From contig JBJCIZ010000232.1 in the NCBI GenBank assembly GCA_051294375.1, positions 1-7,097 of the forward strand: a DNA stretch of 7,097 bases, read 5' to 3'. The first letter of the stretch is position 1. Each line of letters starts with the position of its first letter. Made by a program: the position numbers and the translations under genes. Positions 1 through 6,852 of this stretch are shown piece by piece. The notes beneath the pieces are model-generated. The model worked only from the letters and a program-made list of their open reading frames with translations. It searched no databases and was not told the DNA's origin. Source of the DNA: Paraspadella gotoi. Taxonomy: Eukaryota > Animalia > Chaetognatha.

Positions 1-645
1 AACTAATTATCGTAGAATAATAATTTTCAGTTCATTTCTTTGAGCCGAGAGAGATAGTTGATGAAAACCAACGTTTGGCTTCGTTTCAATGGATCGATTT
101 TTCAGGTCAATAATTGGGGATGTCAGTCGTTTCGGTCGACGGGTGGATCAAGTTTTCGCCTTGAAATCGATTCTATATAAAATCCATGGGTCAAGCCTTT
201 ATAAAATAGTAATAATATGGGTAGATTCTGAAAGTGTAGGGTCTTCGGCAGGGCATCGAGGTGGGAGCGCGAGCGGAATTTTCATTTTCATGTATTAAAA
301 TGCATTTTGAAGTTAACTGGTTTGACCCATTCGTAACTTAGTCTCCGTAGACCAGCTCGTTCTTCAATAATAAAGAACCGTACTTCATTTTGACTTTATA
401 TATGAAAAGCCCATGGTTTTCTCTCTCCATTGATCTAAAAAAAAGGTTAAAATTTGCAAGCTTGATTGCTTGTTTGGTAATCAAATGAACTCCTTTTTAG
501 CTCAATTTCCCAACGTCATGCCACGAAGAATGTTCACTTTTTGAATACATGGTTAGGAAAGCTACAGTGTCTCTACTTTCATTTTTAGGTGGAGCCCGAG
601 CTAATTTTCTAAACGTTAAAATAAATCCGAAGAAATCAAAGGGCT

Positions 646-999
646 TTTGCTTCGATTAACATTCTATATTGGACCCAAACGCGCATAATTGCCTCTACCG
701 CCGAATCCAAAATCCGAAAGCCATGGCCTTGCGACGAGCAACCGCGGTTTGCGAAAGAGGATTTTTGTGCTTGGTTATTATGAAATATCTTTCCCATTTA
801 ACTTTTTTAAATTATATTATATTATAAATTATATTATATATTATATTATAAATTATATTATATATTATATTATAAATTATATTATATTATAAATTATATT
901 ATATTATAATTTATATTATAATATATTATATATCTTTGTTACGAGAGTTCTGGTCGCGAGCCATGGCTTTTGAGTATGTTCTTTTGTTGTCGAAGCAAA
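646..999. repeat. Degenerate inverted repeats bracketing an AT minisatellite (possible old foldback/MITE)
   Basis: TTTGCTTCGA (646-655) is the reverse complement of TCGAAGCAAA (990-999). AAAGCCATGGC (717-727) is the reverse complement of GCCATGGCTTT (960-970), continuing imperfectly via GCGAC (731-735)/GTCGC (953-957). Spacing between blocks differs on the two sides and no TSD is seen. Confidence 0.35.
809..933. repeat. Pure A/T minisatellite of 17- and 24-bp units built from (TATAT)n
   Basis: Units: AAATTATATTATATTAT (809-825, 874-890, 891-907) and AAATTATATTATATATTATATTAT (826-849, 850-873), then a degenerate unit to 933. Confidence 0.95.
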
Positions 1000-1080
1000 G
1001 TACTAAAGACAGCGACATTCAACGGACCAATGGCGCATTTAAAAACGACTATTTTTATTTAATTTTTTAATTTTGATTCC

Positions 1081-1576
1081 AACATCCATTTCTCCCGCGA
1101 CGTATAGTAGTAGCAGGGCGCATGCAAAAAATCGCCGAATTTTTTTAACTCCTTCCCACTATCAATAATGCCCAGATCGAGTTTTCTCTCCTTCGTTTCT
1201 GCTTCTCTCTGCCCAAACTCAGCTACTGCCTATGTACTTGTCACCCCACCCAACTACTTCCCATCTTCCAAGACTTTGACAAGCGCCAGCTCTCTACCTC
1301 TCATCATCCTTTGGGCGCAATTGGACATCGCCGCTCGTACTCAACCTCCCTATCAAAAAAGGCGGGACTGGGCTCCGCTCCGCGGCCCTTCATTCTCCTG
1401 CAGCCTTCATTCCCTCTTTGGACAGATCCTCTACAATTCTCGACTTGATCCTCCCTGTGGCAGTCAAGCGGCGTGACCTCGACTCAGCCCTCCCCCTCTT
1501 GCAAGCGAAAACCGGCAATCCCTCGATCTACTTCCGCCGAATTTTATGCAACAATCTCTCTCTGCGGAAATAGACT
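1081..1576 (+). mobile_element. Decayed non-LTR retrotransposon fragment, C-terminal RT/thumb region, most like the CRE clade
   Basis: Manual translation across frameshifts. Frame +3 gives VVAGRMQKIAEFF*LLPTINNAQIEFSLLRFCFSLPKLSYCLCTCHPTQLLPIFQDFDKRQLST. Frame +2 from 1346 gives LPIKKGGTGLRSAALHSPAAFIPSLDRSSTILDLILP. Frame +1 gives SLDLLPPNFMQQSLSAEID. These match, from memory, the CRE-type pattern (D/N)xQxxxxLLRxCxxxPKLxYxLRT...FD...LPxxxGGLGLRSA..H.PAAF...QxxLSxxID. Stops and frameshifts show it is non-functional or mis-assembled. Confidence 0.8.
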
Positions 1577-1884
1577 GGCATTCCTGGAGATCAATGCCCT
1601 CTGGAGGCCTATGGGAAAACGAAGAGCAAACCATTCCCGCAATTATTTGTTTGCTCTGTTTTCTTTTCAGGAATGAAATGGAACGGAAGAGGATAACGTT
1701 TCGGGAAAAATAATAAAGGAATTCAGATATCATAATTTTTTAAATATTTTTTTTTTTGTTATATGAAATTGGTACAATCAATATATATTTGGGTAAAAAT
1801 TAAGGCTACAATAAATTATGGTTAAGAATAAATTAAGAATAAGTGTAACTTAACTAGAAAAATAAATTAAGGTTAAAAAAAAGT

Positions 1885-1986
1885 TGGGGATAAGTTAGGG
1901 TTAGGGGTAAGTTAGGGTTAGGGGTAAGTTAGGGGTAGAGGTAAGTTTAAGTTAGGGGTAAGTTTAGGTTAGGGGTAAGTTAAGGG
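1885..1986 (+). repeat. Telomere-like 17-bp tandem repeat (TAAGTTAGGGTTAGGGG)n with G-quadruplex potential
   Basis: Units at 1891-1907 and 1908-1924 are identical; diverged units lie at 1925-1941, 1942-1958 and 1959-1975, with a partial one to 1986. It contains TTAGGG hexamers and more than four G3-4 runs with 3-8 nt loops. Confidence 0.9.
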
Positions 1987-2093
1987 TAAATTAGAGTTAA
2001 ATTAAAAATTAAGTTTTGGCTTAAGTATACAATAATTTAACATTTCAAAAAATAATATTTAAATATTAATAATTTTATAAAAAATATAATAAT

Positions 2094-2340
2094 AATATTT
2101 ACAAAGTAACAGAGTTTTTATTTATTACAATGGTCATTTAATAATTCGGAGAGAGTAAGAGATATCAAGGTTAAAATTGCCTCTCTCTCTATCTTTTAAA
2201 ATTAGTATCCAAATATTTATTAAAACTTGGTTGATGAAGGTTCAAAAAACAAGAACCAAAACATATCCGAATTATTAAATGATTGTGGTTATTACAAATA
2301 AAAACAGTTATTTTGTAAATATTTATCAAAGGCAATGAAA
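2094..2340 (+). mobile_element. Old Penelope-like pseudo-LTR fragment with inverted arm, nested in the TIR element
   Basis: Imperfect inverted repeat 2094-2150 versus 2266-2323 (CATTTAATAATTCGGA / TCCGAATTATTAAATG). A decayed hammerhead motif lies just upstream of the right arm, AATAAA is at 2297-2302, and the arm ends in TAAATATTT as in the other two insertions. Confidence 0.55.
2224..2273 (+). ncRNA. Decayed type I hammerhead ribozyme motif (probably inactive)
   Basis: TTGATGA-A-GGTTC-AAAAAACAA-GAACC-AAAA-CATATC versus the intact pattern CTGANGA-A-stemII-GAAA-CATGTC. The 5-bp stem II is perfect, but core C3>U and G12>A and a stem III G>A change are present. Confidence 0.5.
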
Positions 2341-2533
2341 AAAAATATTATAATTACATTTTTTAAAGAATTAAAAAGAAATCCTTAGCTCGTGAAGCTT
2401 AAAAACGTTTTTAATATCATTGTTGTTACGGTCTTAAATTTTTTTTTCCGTAAAGAAACAAACTTTATTTTTTCCTTTTCTTTTTCTTCGTTTTCCCATA
2501 AGCCTCCAGAGCGAATTCAACTCCGGGATCGCC

Positions 2534-2592
2534 CTTTCACTGTTCTCATCGTCTGCGATCAAACCTCAGAAAGAAATGCCAGGTCTCATTCC
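2534..2592 (+). mobile_element. Continuation of the CRE-like RT fragment after the TIR insertion
   Basis: Reads LSLFSS, then (frameshift) CDQTSERNAR. Joined to ...QQSLSAEID it gives LSAEID-LSLFSS-x-DQTSERNAR, like the usual IDxxxFxxL....R..ARL segment of these elements (pattern recall). Confidence 0.55.
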
Positions 2593-3132
2593 AAATTATA
2601 CTTATACTTGCTTAGGTGAGTACATTTTGTCATAATTTGAAATTTATACCTTTACATTTGTATTTGGTCGATCCATCTCGCTGTCCATAGGTTTATCCCA
2701 CTTACGTTTCATATGTTTAAACTATGGTAATACTATACATCTGTGGTCGGGCTTTGCAAAATGTTCACCCCACCTATAAGCATGATATCTTTAGTCGTGA
2801 CCAGGTTCATTGAGTAATAACATCAACTCATGACCATTAAGTACCGAGATTGATCCCCCATGGTACCTACATTGCGGGAAGAATGAGGAAGGCCGTAAAC
2901 CGCCTTGGAACCAGGCTTGAGGGTTTTCCAGGCCCCGTTCCATTGCCGATGAGGAGATACAGAAGATACGGATAGCAATCTTCAGTCTGCTTAGCTCCTT
3001 ATCCACATATCAATCGACAAAATAAGTTACGATAAAACCTTTAAAGTTTGTAAATTAGATCCAAGAAATTGAATGCTGTATAGTTTAATTATTTTTGAGT
3101 GTTATTACGGACTTTCGGTTTGTTGCATTTGA

Positions 3133-3305
3133 ATTTAGAGAAGAAAAAAATTTTTAGTTTTGTTTACATACATCGGAAATTTAATTCACAAAGAGAAAAA
3201 GTAGGCTAAAAACCGAGCCGAAACATGTACATTTTCTCTTTGCGAATTTAATTTCCGATGTATGTCTCTAAATATTTTGACGAAACGTGAGGAAGTATCA
3301 AAAAA
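3133..3305 (+). mobile_element. Penelope-like pseudo-LTR fragment: inverted arm + 3' half of a hammerhead + tail
   Basis: Inverted repeat 3166-3203 versus 3228-3265 (3 mismatches in 38), plus ATTTAGAGA (3133-3141)/TCTCTAAAT (3265-3273). The spacer GGCT-AAAAACCG-AGCC-GAAACATGTA is stem II + GAAA + palindromic stem III + GUA, with CTGANGA missing. The tail TCTCTAAATATTTTGACGAAACGTGAGGAAGTATCA resembles 5100-5134. Confidence 0.7.
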
Positions 3306-3762
3306 TGTTAGTAGTGCATATTTCATACTTTTGTTGTCACCTTACCCAAAGATTTAAATCGGGCTCTTTATCCAAAGGCGGCATTTTCGTTTAATAATCA
3401 GTTAGTAGCTACACGTACAGGTTTGTTTCATGTAAAAGATGGAAAACCGAGATGATAATGATGATGTATTAATGATAATATTGGAGTAGTTAAATGCGTT
3501 TTCATAATAGTCTATAAATTTGAATAATACTTTTTCATACAACCCCCCCCCCCAATCCACCTCAACCCGCTATTTTTAGAGAGTTATAAAACGATAACTT
3601 GAGGGATACAAGCGCGCCGACGAATACATGGCCACCACTCTGGATTCCAGCTGAGAGGTACTTTCTCGGTTTCGCTTTTTTATTATAATAAAACGTTTCT
3701 CGCGTTGAATACAGTTTTAATCATTTCATTCTCTCAGAAAAATGGTATAGTTTTTTTTTTAA

Positions 3763-4291
3763 GGCGTAGTGAAAGTTACATATCAAAATTTGAATAGTTA
3801 ATCATGAACAGTTTTGGACTAAAGAACATTGATATATAAAAAATAATTAAAATACTTACCATAGAAAATTTTAAAATTATGTTTTCTTAGTTTTGAAAGC
3901 AGATTCGAATTCCTCATAAAAAGTTTATAAAAGAAAATATAAGACTTAATCAAAAATTCTTTTATTAAATTAGCTAAAAATTCAAAAAAAATTTTTTTAT
4001 ACTAAAATTTAATAATATAGGTTAATAATATTTTTTTTGGTGATTTTGACCCACTTAATAGAATAATTATCAATTTTTTGTGAGGAATTCGAATCTGCTT
4101 TTAAAAATAAAAAAAAACATTTTAAAATTTTAAAATTTTCTATAGTGAGTACTATGTATAAATATGGCGTATGCGAAAATTAAAAAATAAAATTAAATTT
4201 TTTTTATTTAAAAATGTTCACAGGTACAAGCCTGTTCTTGATCTACTATTTGAATTTTGATTCTACTTGATTTTAATATTTTTGCTACGCT
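3763..4291. mobile_element. Long-TIR non-autonomous DNA transposon, Kolobok-like
   Basis: Ends TTAA|GGCGTAGTGAAA and TTTTGCTACGCT|TTAG (degenerate TTAA TSD, purine-purine start). The arms match internally: AAAGCAGATTCGAATTCCTCA (3896-3916) is the exact reverse complement of 4081-4101, and 3861-3878 matches 4126-4143. The superfamily is inferred only from the TSD and terminus. Confidence 0.7.
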
Positions 4292-4526
4292 TTAGTATAC
4301 ACTTGTGAAAAAAATATCAAATTCCTAGATTTTATTGCTGGTTTTGAGAATATGGGAAGATTTACACTTTGAAGTTACTTTCCAATTGAAAGTTTTTTTC
4401 CTCTTATGTTAACAAATGAATTTTAATATTTCCAGGATCGAACAAAAAAGTTGTCGTGTTTTTGGAATGATTAGTATACTCTCAAGATATTTTAAGCAAA
4501 TCTCCAATTTGTCTTTTTAGTTGCAT

Positions 4527-4540
4527 CGCGAGTACTCGCG
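4527..4540. repeat. Perfect 14-bp GC-rich palindrome CGCGAGTACTCGCG
   Basis: Seen directly; preceded by TTTTTAGTTGCAT. Function unknown. Confidence 0.85.
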
Positions 4541-4927
4541 GATAAAATCAATAGGTTGTGGCGGTACGAGTTCAAGCTGCCTCACCCCTGTTCGTCCTCA
4601 GCCTCGCCTCAATTGCTGAGCGGGTTAAATCATCTCGTTTCAATCCCTTGGTATCCTGGTTCTGGCTTGAATGTGACGGGACCGGTGTAAACATGCCAGT
4701 GACAGGAGGCGGTCACTGAAGGTTAGCACTCCGCAGTAAGGCATAGTGAAAGTTAAATACGAAAATTCTAAAAGTGGATTATGAACAAAATACCATCAGT
4801 GAACATTAATTTGTAAAAAAAAATTAATTTTGTTTTTTAATTTTCGCAGTAGGCTATATTTATATATAGTACTATCCTTATAATATCAAAAATTTTCAAA
4901 ATAGGTTTTTCTTAATTTTGATTGCAG

Positions 4928-5140
4928 ATTTAGAGAAAAAACAAAGTTTTATTAGTTTCAACGAATTTGTTTTTATTGAAAAACAGACATGTTTCGGCTT
5001 TGGTTTTCAAGCCTTCTTCAGTGTTTTGAAAACCAAAGCCGAAACATGTCTGTTTTTCAATAAAAACAAATTCGTTGAAACTAATAAAACTTTGTTTTTT
5101 CTCTAAATATTTCAACGAAAAGAAAGGATTATCACATAAA
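4928..5140. mobile_element. Young Penelope-like pseudo-LTR insertion: 83-bp perfect inverted arms, 32-bp tail, 12-bp TSD
   Basis: 4928-5010 is the exact reverse complement of 5026-5108 (15-bp spacer). The plus arm extends by a tail at 5109-5140. GATTGCAGATTT occurs at 4920-4931 and 5141-5152. There are two AATAAA per arm and a hammerhead motif inside. An inverted truncated pLTR plus a short 3' tail is the established Penelope architecture. Confidence 0.85.
4980..5027 (-). ncRNA. Minimal type I hammerhead ribozyme (PLE-type)
   Basis: The minus strand reads AAAACA CUGAAGA A GGCUU GAAAACCA AAGCC GAAA CAUGUC UGUUUU. Stem I is AAAACA/UGUUUU (6 bp), the core CUGANGA is intact, stem II is GGCUU/AAGCC (5 bp), followed by GAAA, a palindromic ACAUGU stem III and a GUC cleavage triplet. 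The predicted cut is between 4986 and 4985. Confidence 0.88.
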
Positions 5141-5769
5141 GATTGCAGATTTGAATTTCTTTTTAAAAGTTGATAAAGAAAATATAAATCATTTTTAAAA
5201 ATTCTTTCATTAAGTGAGTTAAAAATTAAAAAAACTATATTTAATATATAAAAAGTTAATTTTCAGCTTAAAATATAGTTTTTTATAATTTTTGACCCAC
5301 TTAATTAGTGCCTGAATCTAGATTCAGATTTTCAAAAACTTTCAAAATATGATCAGAACCATATTTAATGGAAATTAGATACACAGCCGGTAGGTCAAGT
5401 AAGCTCAAAAGGTTAGTAATAAAAATCGAGTGACTCGAATATGCAAATGAGATTAATGCGTCATCGTAAGGTTGAATATAAGGCAAAAGAGAGCATAAAC
5501 ATTTTAATAATAACTATTTTTTTTAAAAACAATTAATAAATATGTTTTAATTTGTTTTGATACTTCTGTATAATAAAAAATATTTAAAAAAGTTAATCTA
5601 ATAATATTAACATGGCTATCAAAATTTTACAAATTTGATTTTTTTAAATTTTTATTATCAAATTGGTAAAACAACTATTTCTTTTTTAATTTTAGGAAAA
5701 TATTTTAAAAAATATATGTTTTTTAATATGCAATCAATTGGTGCAAAAAAATTATATTATTACAATACC

Positions 5770-6040
5770 ATTGAAACATTCTTTGAAAACATTTTACCAC
5801 TTCATTATTATCATTATTGATATGAAATAAAATTCTTATTAATAGGGAAGCCAGGTACTTTGGAATGAATAAACGAGACTTTGAGAGAGTTTTGAATGAA
5901 AGGTTACAGGGACCTGCTATGTCATTATCGTGTAAGAGTGATGGAGCCTTAAACCACCAAAGCCTATCCAAAGTGAGGGGCAAGATAGTTTATTTATTAA
6001 ATGAATGGATAATTTTTATATTGGTTGTACCAATTTCATA
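5770..6040 (+). repeat. Direct repeat copy 1 (decayed coding-like, possibly gag-derived)
   Basis: High identity to 6126-6324 apart from two ~35-40-bp indels. It translates NREARYFGMNKRDFERVLNERLQGPAMSL...LNHQSLSKVRGKIVYLLNEW. Confidence 0.9.
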
Positions 6041-6125
6041 AAATTCAGCTCCTTGTATTTTGATGCTGAGTTGAGTATATATAGTATTCCCGATCTAATA
6101 CTTAAGGGAGTGGTCATTTCATACA

Positions 6126-6324
6126 ATTGAAACATTCTTTGAAACATTATACCACTTCATTGATAGGGAAGCCAGGTACTCTGGGAGTGAATAAACGAGA
6201 CATATCATTATCTTGTAAGAGTGATGGAGGCCTTAAACCACCAAAGCCTATCCAAAGTCAGGGGAAAGATAGCATATTTATTAAATGAATGGATAATTTT
6301 TATATTGGTTGTACCAATTTCATA
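6126..6324 (+). repeat. Direct repeat copy 2
   Basis: Runs from ATTGAAACATTCTTTGAAA to TATATTGGTTGTACCAATTTCATA, shared with 5770-6040. From 6120 it translates HTIETFFETLYHFIDREARYSG, and later QSLSKVRGK (6242-6268). Confidence 0.9.
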
Positions 6325-6414
6325 TTATAAACACTTTTAATAGGGAAAAGTCATTGACTCTTTTTGACGAAAACTAATTTCTCTTTTTTTCAATTTTTGT
6401 ACCAATCGACTTTG

Positions 6415-6666
6415 TCGTCCTCTAACTTTCCGAACACTTTGCTCGATTTTATTGGACTTGTACAATTGCTTTATCATTTAATAAGCTTTATTTTATGTAT
6501 CTATATCTTTGTTATATTCAGCCATCCAATACGGTTTTTTTCAATGTGAAAAAGTGGTTTTCTTTGCGCCGTAGTGTACAAGATAATGAGTCATTATTAA
6601 TGACAGAGCAGTTCCTTGTAAGCATTCAATCAAGACTCTTTCACAAACTCGTTTATTTATTCCCAC
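6415..6666 (-). pseudogene. Inverted, more diverged paralogue of the repeat-encoded peptide; possible LTR-retrotransposon gag remnant
   Basis: The minus strand gives GINKRVCERVLIECLQGTALSLIMTHY...KKTTF...MAEYNK...QSVRKVRGR with stops. It is homologous to GMNKRDFERVLNERLQGPAMSL (5862-5927) and QSLSKVRGK (5958-5984). The gag identity is inference. Confidence 0.45.
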
Positions 6667-6807
6667 AATATAATTTTAACATAATTGTATTTGCAAGTAC
6701 AAAAAGTATATTTTTTGTTAAATATTTTGAATTATTTTTTAAGTTATTATCAGTGGTAAAAGATTTAACAAGAATAAAAGTTTTTTCTGGAAACAAATAC
6801 GAAATAT

Positions 6808-6852
6808 AGAGAGAGACTAAGAGAGAGAAAGGGAGAGAGAGAGAGAGAAAGA
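6808..6852 (+). repeat. Interrupted (GA)n microsatellite / polypurine tract
   Basis: AGAGAGAGACTAAGAGAGAGAAAGGGAGAGAGAGAGAGAGAAAGA, seen directly. Confidence 0.9.

Larger units (their letters stand above)
1577..2533. mobile_element. Non-autonomous TIR DNA element (MITE-like, ~957 bp) inserted into the retrotransposon fragment
   Basis: Left end GGCATTCCTGGAGATCAATGCCCTCTGGAGGCCTATGGGAAAACGAAGA versus reverse complement of the right end GGCGATCCCGGAGTTGAATTCGCTCTGGAGGCTTATGGGAAAACGAAGA: a ~49-bp imperfect TIR whose inner 28 bp have one mismatch. It is flanked by CT on both sides (possible 2-bp TSD), and the RT-like peptide resumes immediately after it. Confidence 0.8.
4740..5305 (+). mobile_element. 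Second, diverged and truncated copy of the 3763-4291 family, interrupted by the PLE insertion
   Basis: Starts GTAA|GGCATAGTGAAAGTTA versus TTAA|GGCGTAGTGAAAGTTA. TTTTTAATTTTCGCA...TATATTTATATATAGTACT matches the reverse complement of about 4148-4187. After excising 4932-5152 the junction TTTTCTTAATTTTGATTGCAGATTTGAATTTC aligns to 3882-3913. TTTTGACCCACTTAAT at 5290-5305 equals 4044-4059. Confidence 0.75.

Noticed and set aside
1-645. Possible exons or decayed ORF (ORF 89-298; minus-strand stretches such as EVRFFIIEERAGLRRLSYEWVKPVNF)
   Set aside because: No recognisable domain, frequent stops, and no consistent splice structure could be built by eye.
689-892. ORF ending in YYIINYII repeats; also LSDFGF (kinase DFG-like) on the minus strand near 700-720
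   Set aside because: The ORF is a translation of the AT minisatellite. The DFG lacks any other kinase motif and is flanked by stops.
1168-1713. 102-aa ORF whose frame stays open past TGA 1474-1476 (readthrough/selenoprotein idea)
   Set aside because: Better explained as off-frame reading of the frameshifted RT fragment plus TIR sequence; no SECIS-like element is seen.
1885-1986. True telomere or chromosome end
   Set aside because: It is a short, degenerate 17-bp unit located inside a TIR element with ordinary sequence on both sides.
2930-2990. Minus-strand CTGAAGA-TTGC...GCAAT-GGAAC as a fourth hammerhead
   Set aside because: It has GGAA instead of GAAA and no pairing for stems I or III.
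3575-3665. Possible small exon (TTTTTAG...GAG|GTAC)
   Set aside because: All three frames contain a stop between these sites, and there is no recognisable product.
4560-4585. GTTCAAGC as a Pol III B-box (tRNA or SINE)
   Set aside because: No A-box at suitable spacing and no cloverleaf.
4918-5115. Two mirror ORFs (62 aa and 61 aa)
   Set aside because: Artefacts of the 83-bp palindrome.
5312-5327. 16-bp palindrome CTGAATCTAGATTCAG
   Set aside because: Real but isolated; no partner or element boundary to support a functional call.
5365-5470. LMEIRYTAGRSSKLKRLVIKIE*LEYANEINA as a decayed RT YADD motif; also octamer ATGCAAAT
   Set aside because: Both catalytic aspartates are absent, there is an in-frame stop, and no flanking RT motifs. 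A lone octamer is expected by chance.
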